A stretch of 64,000 nucleotides of DNA from an uncultured Dehalococcoidia bacterium (GTDB taxonomy: Bacteria; Chloroflexota; Dehalococcoidia; Lucifugimonadales; UBA3495), in the NCBI GenBank assembly GCA_958296225.1, contig OY282456.1, positions 3,750,523-3,814,522 on the forward strand. Reading direction: 5' to 3'. This document shows positions 24,388-33,992 of this stretch, one piece after another (the first letter of the stretch is position 1; every line of letters begins with the position of its first letter). The translations under genes were made by a program, and so were the position numbers. The notes beneath the pieces are model-generated. The model ran no database searches, was not told where the DNA came from, and was given only the letters and a program-made list of their open reading frames with translations.

Positions 24388-25777
24388 ACAATGCCAGCGC
24401 GTTGCGCACCGGATTGCCGCCAAACATCCGCTCGTACAGCACCTGCCGCCCGCTGAACGCGCTGCAGGACACGTCCCAAGCCAGGTGGAACAGCCTGGCC
24501 CGCTCCCATGCGTTAGTGGAATCCGTGGCCAGGTACCGGTTCACTTCCGGCGCAATGCCGGCATCGAAATCGGCTTCCGCCGGGAGGGCCATCAGGCTGC
24601 TGGTGCCCAGCAACTGGATTATCTCAACCATCCGGGGGTATATGGTGCGTCCGAAGAGCGCCCGGCCGGCCTGGATGGGCGCGCTGGCTGGGTTCATCAT
24701 CCCCCATTCGTTGGGAGTGGCGTCGGCCTCGGCGGCGCGCAGACAAGCCTGCAACATATCCCGCTGGGTGATTAGCTCGGCGACTTGCTCCTGCACGTGG
24801 GGGATGGAGCCGGAGCCCAGCGTTTCCACAATCAAGTCCGCCAATCCGAGGATGAACTCCGCCTTGACCACGCAGCGATTCAACACCTGGTGGCCGGTGT
24901 GGGCGTTGGACTGGGTGCCGGCGGCGTAGTTGTTGCACAACTCCACGTTGCCCAGCAGGAAGACCCGCTCCCAGGGCACCAGCACGTTGTCGAAGAATAC
25001 GGCGCAGTCCATCTCCTCGAAACGCGAACCTAATGGGTGATTGAAATGGGACCGCCCCACGTCGAAACTCTCCCGGCACAAAAACTTGAGACCGGGGGTA
25101 TCGCAAGGAATGGAGAAGGAGAAGGAGTGCCGCCCGTCCTCATCGGCGAGGCGGTGGCTCGCCACGGGATAGATGGCGATTTCGTCAGAGATTGGCCCCA
25201 GAGTGGCCAGCACCCGGCTGCCTTTGACGATGATGCCAGCGTCGGTTTCCTTCACCAGCGTCAGCGCTACGTCCTCGCTGAGGGTGTCAGAGGCGTTGGG
25301 CGTGCGACGGCGCTGCATATTCACCAGCGCGTGGGTCAAGGTAACGTCGTTCTCGCGGAGAAACTCGTGATAGTTGAGAACGTTCTGCTTGAACTCCGGC
25401 CGGTCCTGGGCGAAATAATCCGCCGACCCGGCCCAGGCGGTAAAGATGGTGTTCATAAAGTCCGGCGAACGCCCCATCATGCCGCAGCTGGCCCACGCCC
25501 AACGCGACATCATCTCCCGCTTCCGCATCAGGTCTTCTATCGTCCGGGGAACCTGAAAAGACAGGCCCACTGCATCGCCGGTCGTCGGGGAGGCGAAAGT
25601 CATCTCCTCACGCAACGCCGGGTGGCGCTGCATATCGTACAGGGCGGCCACCGACTTCACGCCGTTCCGCAGGCCCGGGTGGGTGGTAACGTCCTTGACC
25701 AGCTCCCCGTCAATCCAAACCTCCCGTGGGCGGTCTTTGAGGCCGGCGATATATTCCTGTCCTGTTCGCGCTGGCAT
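24323..25777 (-). CDS. 4-hydroxyphenylacetate 3-hydroxylase (HpaB) family flavin-dependent monooxygenase, oxygenase component
   Basis: I set the start at MPARTGQEYIAGLKD (25777), preceded by GGAGGTG. Family-typical features are the N-terminus, the length (484 aa) and the THALVNMQ segment. Confidence 0.85.
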   Translation of the reverse strand: MPARTGQEYIAGLKDRPREVWIDGELVKDVTTHPGLRNGVKSVAALYDMQRHPALREEMTFASPTTGDAVGLSFQVPRTIEDLMRKREMMSRWAWASCGMMGRSPDFMNTIFTAWAGSADYFAQDRPEFKQNVLNYHEFLRENDVTLTHALVNMQRRRTPNASDTLSEDVALTLVKETDAGIIVKGSRVLATLGPISDEIAIYPVASHRLADEDGRHSFSFSIPCDTPGLKFLCRESFDVGRSHFNHPLGSRFEEMDCAVFFDNVLVPWERVFLLGNVELCNNYAAGTQSNAHTGHQVLNRCVVKAEFILGLADLIVETLGSGSIPHVQEQVAELITQRDMLQACLRAAEADATPNEWGMMNPASAPIQAGRALFGRTIYPRMVEIIQLLGTSSLMALPAEADFDAGIAPEVNRYLATDSTNAWERARLFHLAWDVSCSAFSGRQVLYERMFGGNPVRNALALFNTYDKEPFRTKVRAFLELDD

Positions 25778-25820
25778 AGTCCTGCACCTCCTCGGCAAGT
25801 CTTCAATGGCGGCAAGGCTC

Positions 25821-26873
25821 TTATTTGAAAGCCGGCATGACCTCTTCGGTCAGCAGTTGCAGGCTCCGCTGCACCGCCTCCGGGGGCAGGAACCCGCCGG
25901 GGTTCAATTCGGCGGTGATGCCCGTAATGCCCAGCATCTCCTGAAACTGGCGCAGGCGGTCGATAACCCGCTCCGGGCTGCCGAAAACAACCCTGGTTTC
26001 CAGCAAATCCTCATAGGTCGAGTTGGCGAGTCTTTCGTAGCGGGCCTGCCGTACCGCGCTGGCTTCGGTTCCCAGGCGCCCCAGCGAATACTCAAACAGC
26101 TCCCGTTGGCGCCGGAAAAACGCTTCAATGCTGTCTTTGGGTTCCTCAATGGCCTCGGCGTCGCTGGGCGCAATGTACATAGGGAAGCGCACGTTGATGT
26201 CGCCGCCGTCGCCGGGATGGCCGGCCGCCTGCCATTCTTCCTTGTACTCCCGCAAGTTGGTCTTCAGTTCTTCTACATCCATCGTCCGCAGGCCCAGGAA
26301 GATGGGATGCCCCAGCCGGCCAATGCGTCCGAAACTGTCTTCGCTGCTGGCCGCGATGCGGATTTTGGGATGGGGTTTCTGATAGGGCAACGGCGAGAGG
26401 GTAGCGTTGGTGATGGTGTTGTACTTCCCCGCGTAGGAAAAAGTCTCGCCGGACCAGGCTTGCAGGATGATGTCCAGGGCCTCCTGGAAGCGTTCCTTGC
26501 TCTCGCCGTAGTCGATGCCCATAATGTCGTAGGCCCGCACGTTGCCGCTCCGGCCCACGCCGAACTCGAAACGGCCCTCACTGAGCTGGTCCACCGTGGC
26601 CGCCTCTTCGGCGATACGCAGGGGGTGAATCAGCGGCAGCACCTGAACCGCCATGCCGGTACGGAGCCGCTTGGTGCGAGTCGCAATGGAACTGGCGATG
26701 ATAATGGGCGCCGCCAGCACGGAACGGCCCGGGTTGAAGTGCATCTCCCCCAGCCAAATCGTGTCCAGCCCCCTCTCTTCGGCCAGGTCCACCTCTGCCA
26801 TAGCCGCCCGGAAAGCCGCCGCGTGGGACGGGTGATTGCCGATAGTAAAGTCCGCGTTGATGCCGAAGTCCAT
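25821..26873 (-). CDS. LLM-class flavin-dependent oxidoreductase
   Basis: The 350-aa product has GLDTIWLGEMHFNPG, AEEAATVDQLSEGRFEFGVGRSG and a C-terminal LQLLTEEVMPAFK. It is a paralogue of 19997..21025. Confidence 0.92.
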   Translation of the reverse strand: MDFGINADFTIGNHPSHAAAFRAAMAEVDLAEERGLDTIWLGEMHFNPGRSVLAAPIIIASSIATRTKRLRTGMAVQVLPLIHPLRIAEEAATVDQLSEGRFEFGVGRSGNVRAYDIMGIDYGESKERFQEALDIILQAWSGETFSYAGKYNTITNATLSPLPYQKPHPKIRIAASSEDSFGRIGRLGHPIFLGLRTMDVEELKTNLREYKEEWQAAGHPGDGGDINVRFPMYIAPSDAEAIEEPKDSIEAFFRRQRELFEYSLGRLGTEASAVRQARYERLANSTYEDLLETRVVFGSPERVIDRLRQFQEMLGITGITAELNPGGFLPPEAVQRSLQLLTEEVMPAFK

Positions 26874-27114
26874 GTATCCACCTCATTATCCGTAGTGGCG
26901 CAACCGGCGCGTCGGGCGGCACAGCACTGCTCCGATGAGTTGATACTTGCTCCGCCGGATGACTCACGTGTTAACGACAGTATAACAGGCCGGCGACGGG
27001 TCAAGGGGGCGCGCAATGGCAGAGTGGGTACGCCTGAGCCCGCCCCGTCGTTGACAACCATCGCGGGTACACCTACCATCGCGCTATCAAGACGCATCGC
27101 AGCAGAGAGTATCC

Positions 27115-28221
27115 ATGAAGGCTTCCTATTTCGGATGTATGGGCTACTCGGAGCGGCACAAGTTCCCCGAGGGCTGGCCCGTTCCTCCATCGTACCATGA
27201 CCCGGCGGTTTCCATGCGGTCGTACCAGGAAGGCATGGCCGAGTGCGAACTGGCCGAAGCTTTGGGCTTTGACTGGCTGAGCCTTTCGGAGCACCATTAC
27301 TCCGGGAACCGGACGACGCCCAACCCGGCGGTGATGGCCGCCGCCGTAGCCGAGCGGTGCAAGAGGGCCAAGATTGCCCTGCTGGGCCAGTTATTGCCTC
27401 TGAACAACCCCATTCGCGCCGCCGAAGAGATTGGGATGCTGGACAACCTGACCGGCGGCCGGCTGGTGGTGGCCTTTATGCGCGGTACCCCCAGCGAAGA
27501 CCAGGTGTATGACCTGAACCCCGCCGAGGGTCGGGGCAGACTGATGGAAGCCATGGACTTGGCGCTCAAAGCGCTGACCGAACCCCAACCCTTCGCCTGG
27601 GAAGGGCGCTATTACCAGTACCGCACCGTTTCCGTCTGGCCCTGGCCGGTGCAGCAGCCGACGCCCCCGATAATCGTGGCCACCCGCAGCGATGACGCGG
27701 TGCAATACGCCGCCGCCAACCGCCTGGGCCTGGGCGTATCTTATGACCGTCCCGATGATATGGCGGAGGTCACAGAGAAGTACAACCAATGGTGCCAGGC
27801 GGCCGGCTGGCGACCCACGCCGGAGCAAATCGTCTATCGCGGCGGCATCTGCCTGGGCGAGACTGACCGGGAAGCAGCCGGGCTGAAAAATCGGGTGCAG
27901 GCTGCCGGCGGGGGACGGGGGTTGAATATCGGGCGTTCGCTCGCCCAAGCGGTGCAGGCGGCGCGCTCCGGGGAAAAGTTCAATCCGCCGGCGGCATCCG
28001 CGTCAGGCGCGCAGCGCGGTTCGGTGGGCGGCCCCAGGTCGATGTTGAGTTTCGTCGGCAGCCCCGACACCGTAGCCAAGCAGCTAAGGGAGTTCCATGA
28101 CAAATGCGGCGTCGGCGTTGTGGATTTCGCTTTCCAGCAACCGGGGCTGACCCACACGGACGTTATGACCGAGATTGAGTTATTCGCGCGGGAAGTGCTG
28201 CCCCAAATCAGGGAATTTTAG
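27115..28221 (+). CDS. LLM-class flavin-dependent oxidoreductase (subfamily shared with 37042..38145)
   Basis: The 368-aa product has GFDWLSLSEHHYSG and AEEIGMLDNLTGGRLVVAFMRG. It is collinear with the 37042 gene over its full length. Confidence 0.92.
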   Translation: MKASYFGCMGYSERHKFPEGWPVPPSYHDPAVSMRSYQEGMAECELAEALGFDWLSLSEHHYSGNRTTPNPAVMAAAVAERCKRAKIALLGQLLPLNNPIRAAEEIGMLDNLTGGRLVVAFMRGTPSEDQVYDLNPAEGRGRLMEAMDLALKALTEPQPFAWEGRYYQYRTVSVWPWPVQQPTPPIIVATRSDDAVQYAAANRLGLGVSYDRPDDMAEVTEKYNQWCQAAGWRPTPEQIVYRGGICLGETDREAAGLKNRVQAAGGGRGLNIGRSLAQAVQAARSGEKFNPPAASASGAQRGSVGGPRSMLSFVGSPDTVAKQLREFHDKCGVGVVDFAFQQPGLTHTDVMTEIELFAREVLPQIREF

Positions 28222-28236
28222 CCGGCAGGAGGCACA

Positions 28237-29112
28237 ATGGACGATTTCAATACCGGCGTCGTGAGCGCCAACGGCATCAACTTTCACTACCTGGAAATGG
28301 GCGATGGGCCGTTGGCCCTCTGCCTGCACGGGTTCCCCGACCACGCCTATTCCTTTCGCCACCTGCTGCCTGACCTGGCCGCGGCCGGCTTCCGGGCGGT
28401 TGCTCCCTTCATGCGCGGCTATGCGCCCACCGAACCGCCGGCGGATGGCCGCTATCATTCGGCGCTGCTGGCGCGGGATGCGGTGGAGCTAATCGGCGCG
28501 CTGGGGGCGGAGCGGGCGTATCTCATCGGCAACGACTGGGGCGCCGGCGCCGTTACCGGAGCCGCCGTACTGGAACCGGACAAGGTCATCAAACTGGTGA
28601 TAATAGCGTCGGGGCAGGTTGACCGGGATCTGAGCCGGGACTTCCAATATCTGCAAGGCACCTGGCACTCCTACTATTTCCAGCTGCCCTTTGCCGAGGA
28701 GACGGTGGCGCACAACGACTTTGCCTTTATTGAGGAGTGGTGGCGCTGGGCGTCGCCGGAGTGGGACATACCGGCGGCGGCGCTGGAAAGCATCCGGGCG
28801 ACCTTTCGCCAGCCGGGCGTGGTGGCGGCCGCTTTGGGCTACTACCGGGCGCGGTATGATGCGGCGCAGGCCGATGCGGCGGCGCAGGCCGACCAGGCGC
28901 GGATTGCCGCCGGGCCGGTGACCGTCCCCACGCTGGCGCTGCACGGCACGCGGGACCGCCCCCGGCGGCTGGACGCCTTTGAAAGCGCGGCTATGGATGC
29001 GTATTTCACGGGCGGGTTGGAGAAGGTGATTATTCCGGGCACGGGTCACTTTATGCACCAGGAAAGGCCGGCCGTAGTGAATCCGAAAATCGTCGAGTTT
29101 CTGCTGCGGTAG
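28237..29112 (+). CDS. Alpha/beta hydrolase, epoxide-hydrolase/haloalkane-dehalogenase-like (Asp nucleophile)
   Basis: Supporting motifs are LCLHGFPDHAYSFR, GNDWGAG and a C-terminal PGTGHFMHQERP. An AGGAGG RBS precedes the start. Confidence 0.88.
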   Translation: MDDFNTGVVSANGINFHYLEMGDGPLALCLHGFPDHAYSFRHLLPDLAAAGFRAVAPFMRGYAPTEPPADGRYHSALLARDAVELIGALGAERAYLIGNDWGAGAVTGAAVLEPDKVIKLVIIASGQVDRDLSRDFQYLQGTWHSYYFQLPFAEETVAHNDFAFIEEWWRWASPEWDIPAAALESIRATFRQPGVVAAALGYYRARYDAAQADAAAQADQARIAAGPVTVPTLALHGTRDRPRRLDAFESAAMDAYFTGGLEKVIIPGTGHFMHQERPAVVNPKIVEFLLR

Positions 29113-29137
29113 GGGACGGCTGGCAACCGTCCCCTAC
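29109..29137. terminator. Perfect 11-bp hairpin between convergent genes
   Basis: gtaggggacgg-ctggcaa-ccgtcccctac. The TAG stop of the hydrolase gene lies inside the stem. Confidence 0.6.
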
Positions 29138-29167
29138 GCTGCCGGGCCGGGAAAGGTACGGCGGGGG

Positions 29168-30316
29168 TCAACTGCGGAAGGGCCGGAAGAACTCGCGGAT
29201 TTCGTTGGCCAGCAGTTCCGGTTCTTCCAGGGCGGCGAAGTGTCCGCCCCGGGGCATCTCTTCCCAACGGCGCACGTCCCAGGAGCGTTCGGCCCACTCC
29301 CGGGGCGGCTTGGCGATTTCCTGGGGGAACAAAGCCATGCCTGCCGGCGTGGGAACCCGCTCGCCTTCCGTCATCTCCCACAAGGCGCTCTGGTTTTCCT
29401 TGTACATCCGCACCGACGAGCCGATAGTCTGCGTTACCCAATAGATGGTTATGTTGGTCAAAAGCTCGTCTTTGGTGTAGCTGCTTTCCACGTCGCCGTT
29501 GCAGTCGCTCCAGGTGCGGTACTTCTCCACAATCCAGGCCGCCAACCCCGCCGGGGAGTCGTTCAGGCCGTAGGACAGGGTTTGCGGCTTGGTGCCCTGG
29601 ATGTGGCTGTACCCGCCCTCGCTCTGCTGCCAGCTTTCCCGCTGGGCCGAGTGGGCCTGCTCCGCCGCGGTCAGGGGACGGGAGCCGGGGCCGAGGTAGG
29701 GCGTAGGCCGGGTGATGGAGGTCAGGTGAACGCCAATCATCTTGTCCGCGTGGGCGTAGCCGAGGCGGGAGGTTACGCCGGCCCCGATGTCGCCGCCGTG
29801 GGCCGCGAACTCAGGGTAGCCCAGGTTCTCGGTCATCAGCCTGGCCCACAGGTCGGCCACTTTCTGCACCTGCATCCCCGGCTCCCGGGATGCCTGCGAA
29901 AAGCCGAAGCCGGGCAGGGACGGCGCGATAACGTCAAAGGAATCCGCCGGGTCGCCCCCGTAGCGGCCGGGGTCGGACAGCAGGGGGATGATTTTGGTCA
30001 TCTCAAAGAAGGTGCTGGGCCAGCCGTGGGTGATGACCAGAGGCATAGGATTCGGCCCCGCGCCCGGCTCCCGTATGAAGTGGATGCTCAGCCCGTCCAC
30101 TTCCGACTTGTAGTGATGAAAGGCGTTGAGTTTCTTTTCCTGCTCCCGCCAGTCGAAGCCAGTGCGCCAGTACTCCACCAGTTCCTGGATGTAGTCCAGG
30201 TTGGAACCGTATTCCCACCCCGTGCCGGGCATTTCGTCGGGCCATCGGGTCTGGCCCAGGCGGTGGCGCAGGTCGTCCAGCGCGGCGTCGCTGACGGCGA
30301 TTGTAAAGGGTTCCAT
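29168..30316 (-). CDS. Epoxide hydrolase with the N-terminal microsomal-EH-type domain
   Basis: I set the start at MEPFTIAVSDAALDDLRHRL (30316), preceded by GGAGGATG. Supporting motifs are RWPDE, SIHFIRE and VITHGWPSTFFEM. Confidence 0.88.
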   Translation of the reverse strand: MEPFTIAVSDAALDDLRHRLGQTRWPDEMPGTGWEYGSNLDYIQELVEYWRTGFDWREQEKKLNAFHHYKSEVDGLSIHFIREPGAGPNPMPLVITHGWPSTFFEMTKIIPLLSDPGRYGGDPADSFDVIAPSLPGFGFSQASREPGMQVQKVADLWARLMTENLGYPEFAAHGGDIGAGVTSRLGYAHADKMIGVHLTSITRPTPYLGPGSRPLTAAEQAHSAQRESWQQSEGGYSHIQGTKPQTLSYGLNDSPAGLAAWIVEKYRTWSDCNGDVESSYTKDELLTNITIYWVTQTIGSSVRMYKENQSALWEMTEGERVPTPAGMALFPQEIAKPPREWAERSWDVRRWEEMPRGGHFAALEEPELLANEIREFFRPFRS

Positions 30317-30452
30317 AGCATCCTCCGTAGATATTGCCCCGCGCGGTTGGTTGGCAAATGCCCGGCCGGCAAGGTCGGGCGCCGCCCATAATAGCACAGG
30401 CCGGGTTCCGTGGCCGCGTCCGGTTTGCGGTATAATCGCCCGGCGAACCGCT

Positions 30453-31858
30453 ATGCAACCGTCCGTAATCCGAACCGCCGCCGCCCCGACCGCCTTACCC
30501 TGCTGATAGCCGCCATCGCTGCGCTGGGCGTCGCCCTGACGCTGGCGCGGGAGGTTACTTACGGGGCGGGCTGCATGAAGATTCCATAAACTACGTCAGC
30601 GTCGCCCGGAACCTGCTGGCCGGAGCGGGCTTTTACGAATTCGCCGGGAATGCGTATGTGCTGTGGCCGCCCCTCTACCCGCTGCTGCTGGCTGCCGTCA
30701 GCCTGGGCGTGTTCGACCCCTTGGACGTTGCCGGCCCTCTCAACGCCGTCATATTCGGGCTGACCATATTCGTCGTGGGGCGATACCTGCGTCAGCGTCT
30801 GGAATCCCGCTTTCTGGCGGTGTGGGCCTGCCTGGCCATGGCTCTGCCCGTTCCGCTGGTTGAACTGGCGTCGTGGGCGCTGTCAGCTTCTCTGTTCATC
30901 CTGCTGGCCACCCTGGCCCTGATACAGACCGACAAGTTTCTAACCGGGGGCAAAATATCCTCTCTGATTTGGGCGGCGGTGTTTTGCGCGCTGGCCTGGC
31001 AGGCCCGGTACATCTTGGGTGGCCGGGCAGATTGCGCCCCACGCCTGCGCCGTAAGCCTGGCAAACTCCGCCGGGCTGCACCGGGGCTATGCCGGGCAGC
31101 CCTGGGCCAATTCCGCGACGCTGCGCTACATTCGGGAAAATCCCATGGACGGCGTAATCTACAGCAACATAATACATCTGGCGTACCTTCACAATGACGA
31201 AACCGGGGCTTATCGTTATCTGCCCGAGAGCCGCCCTATCGGGAACATCATCGACGACGGCCGCGCCGGGTCTGCCACCGGGCGGGAGCAACTGGCAGCG
31301 TGGCTGGCCGGCGCGCCGGATGGCGCATACCTGGTCTGGTTCAACAACTGGTGGGATAACGACGCTGCATATGACTACGGCGCGCCCGCCTTGCGCGCAT
31401 CGCCGGGTCTGGAGCCGGTGGCCGAGCTGGACGACGGGCTCATTCTCAAGGTCAACCGGGACTATGCGCCGGCCTCAAACCCGTACCGGTCAGCGTATGA
31501 GTCCATCGTATCCGGCAGTGCCGGCGCGCCGGCCGCCCGCTCAACCTACGACGTCTATCGCAATGAAACCACGCTGACCTACCTCAAGCAGCCGTGCGCC
31601 GACGCGGATACGATGGCAGCGTTTTTTCTGCACCTCATCCCATCGGATGCAGCCGACCTGCCCGGCCACCGCAAGCAGTATGGCTTTGACAACCGGGACT
31701 TCAATTTCGCGTCATACGGCGTGATTTCAGACGGGAAATGCCTGGCTACGGTTCCGCTTCCCAACTATGAAATTAGCTTGATTCGCACCGGCCAATATAC
31801 TCCCGACGGGCAGATTTGGGAGGCGACGCTGTCCTTGACGCAGCAGGGGCAACCGTGA
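30453..31858 (+). pseudogene. Frameshifted remnant of a GT39/ArnT-like membrane glycosyltransferase-type protein
   Basis: The sensible reading MQPSVIRTAAAP / DRLTLLIAAIAALGVALTLAREVTYGAG / HEDSINYVSVARNLLAGAGFYEF..WPPLYPLLLA...AWQARYI / ...ANSATLRYIRENPMDGVIYSN... needs at least three frame changes, near 30490, 30575 and 31015. Confidence 0.65.
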
Positions 31859-31892
31859 AAGCTGCCCCGTCCGCGCCGGATCTGGCGTCCGG

Positions 31893-32912
31893 TTACTCGT
31901 AGCTGATGCGGTACACCCGCGCGGCGGTGTCATGAAAAGCCGCGGCCCGCTCCGTGGCCGAGTAGCTTTGCGACACCCGCTTGAAGGCGTTGTACATCAC
32001 ATGGTAGGAGAATGACACCTTGTCCACCGGGAAGTTGCTCTCAAACATACAGCGGTCGGGGCCGAACTGGTCGAGGCAGTATTGCAGCCACGGCCCCACG
32101 GATTCGGCCAGCTCCCCGGAGCCGATGGGCGTGGCCCGCTCGTGCCAGTCGAACCCGATGCGGGGCATACCGATGCCGCCCAGCTTCATTATGACGTTGG
32201 GACAGGCCGCCACGGCGTCGATGCCGCTGCGCCACTGGGCCAGCACTTCGTCGTCGCGGTTGGCGTAGGGGCCGGTGCGCATCATGCCGCCGATGTGGTT
32301 GAGCACGATGGTCAGGTCGGGGATTTTGCGGGCGAAGTCGGCCAGGTCGGGCAGTTGGGGAAAGAACACGGTGGTTTCCAGAATCAGGCCCATATCCTGC
32401 AAAACCTGCGCCCCGGCCATATAGTCGTCGCGGGCCAGGCAGCCCTCCACTTCCCGGTTCTCCACTTCGGGATGCGGGTCCCAGCCGACGGAGTGGCGGA
32501 TGCCGCGGAAGCGGTTGGGGCTGGCGGCCTGCAAGGCTTCCAGCACCGGGCGCACCGCATCGCCCATTTTCAGGTCGGCGCGCCCGATGATGGCGGCGGC
32601 GGCGCGGCTGGCGCCGTAGCGGCCGGCGGCGCTTTCGTCCGCGATGCTCTGGACGAATTCCACCTCGCCCACGGAGCGCAACTCTTCCGGCCCCTCGGTG
32701 CGGTATTGGGAACGCGCCTCAACGAACACCGTGGAGCGCACATTGTGGCCGCTGTTGATGTCGGCGGCCAGGTCGGCGAGAAGATACTGTTGATAGTCGG
32801 CCGGCTCCGGGCGCTGCACCCAGAAATGGTGGTGGGGGTCGCAGATGGGGATTTCCGGTTCCAGGGTTGGTTCCGTCGTGAGGGCCAGCCATTCATTACC
32901 ACGTGGTGGCAT
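31893..32912 (-). CDS. Amidohydrolase-2 family metal-dependent hydrolase (TIM barrel; LigI/fuconolactonase-like)
   Basis: I set the start at MPPRGNEWLAL (32912), preceded by GGAGGTG. Supporting motifs are ICDPHHHFW, IVLNHIGG and MFESNFPVDK. Confidence 0.85.
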   Translation of the reverse strand: MPPRGNEWLALTTEPTLEPEIPICDPHHHFWVQRPEPADYQQYLLADLAADINSGHNVRSTVFVEARSQYRTEGPEELRSVGEVEFVQSIADESAAGRYGASRAAAAIIGRADLKMGDAVRPVLEALQAASPNRFRGIRHSVGWDPHPEVENREVEGCLARDDYMAGAQVLQDMGLILETTVFFPQLPDLADFARKIPDLTIVLNHIGGMMRTGPYANRDDEVLAQWRSGIDAVAACPNVIMKLGGIGMPRIGFDWHERATPIGSGELAESVGPWLQYCLDQFGPDRCMFESNFPVDKVSFSYHVMYNAFKRVSQSYSATERAAAFHDTAARVYRISYE

Positions 32913-33021
32913 AATCGCACCTCCGCCGCGAGCATTGAGCAAGGTTATGTCGGGCCAATAATAGCACAGGGCAGACTCCGTTATGCGCCGCGACGTACCG
33001 GAATCCGAAACAGGCAACCGG

Positions 33022-33987
33022 TCAGTGCGCGGACAAGTTTGCGATGGGGTATTCAAAATAAGCGCCGGTCACCAGTTGGTGCAGTTCCCGGCAGTTCCGG
33101 TTGATTTCCCGCAGCAGGTCGGTGCGATCTTCCCGGTAGGGCCATTCGTAGCGCGCCAGCGCACTGAGCCGGCCGGCCAATTGCCGGGCCGCGTCGCTGT
33201 CAATGCTATTGGGGCCGGCCCCGATAGCGCGCAGTTCCGCCGCGACCAGGGCCAGGGAGCGGCAGAGGGAATCGGGCAGGAGCGGGTCGGTGACGAGCAA
33301 ATCCAGCACCTGCTCCGGCGCGACTGCGCCGCTGTACCGGCGCTGGTACGCCTCAAAAGCGTGGTAGATGCGGAGCAGGTCGGCCCAGCCCGGGTCGGCG
33401 GCATCGGCAATGAATGTATCGGCCGCGATTTGAGTGAGCAGCAGTCCGGTGGACAGTTGGGCGTTTTCAATGAACCGCCCCAGCCGCATAAAGCTCCAGC
33501 CCTCGTCCCGATACATAGTGTATTCGGCGATGCCGGCGAAGGTGTCAATCTGGGCGGCGGTCTCCGCGTAGAAGTTTTCCGGCGCGGTTCTCCAGATGTC
33601 CAGGATGTTCAGTCGCTGTATTCGCAGGTAGGTCAAATTGAGATTGGTCCACATTTCCGCGCTGATGCGGTGGCGGAATTGGCGGGCGTTCTCCCGGCCC
33701 AGCACAAAGCAACTCCATACCGAATCGGGGTTAGACCGCTCAAAAGTGAGGTCGTCGGCCAGCGCGAATGAGTCGGCCTGAACCGCGGCGTCGCTGTCAA
33801 TAATCAGGCTGCCGCCGGCCGGCTCCCGGTTAATGCTGCCGTAAATACGGTTCCACCCGACCGCGATTTCCGGCGTTGGCCGTTCCACCAGCAGCTGCAT
33901 CTGCAAGCGCAGCAGGCGACACATACGCTCTGCCCGCTCCAGGTAGCGGCCCATCCAGTAGAGGCCCTGGGCGCTGCGCGCAAGCAA
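33022..33987 (-). CDS. Alpha-E domain protein (partner of the circularly permuted ATP-grasp protein)
   Basis: A TTG start at 33987 gives MLARSAQGLYWMGRYLERAE, the canonical family N-terminus. GGAGGA lies 9 nt upstream, and the gene starts 5 nt after the ATP-grasp stop. Confidence 0.85.
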   Translation of the reverse strand: MLARSAQGLYWMGRYLERAERMCRLLRLQMQLLVERPTPEIAVGWNRIYGSINREPAGGSLIIDSDAAVQADSFALADDLTFERSNPDSVWSCFVLGRENARQFRHRISAEMWTNLNLTYLRIQRLNILDIWRTAPENFYAETAAQIDTFAGIAEYTMYRDEGWSFMRLGRFIENAQLSTGLLLTQIAADTFIADAADPGWADLLRIYHAFEAYQRRYSGAVAPEQVLDLLVTDPLLPDSLCRSLALVAAELRAIGAGPNSIDSDAARQLAGRLSALARYEWPYREDRTDLLREINRNCRELHQLVTGAYFEYPIANLSAH

Positions 33988-33992
33988 TTGGT

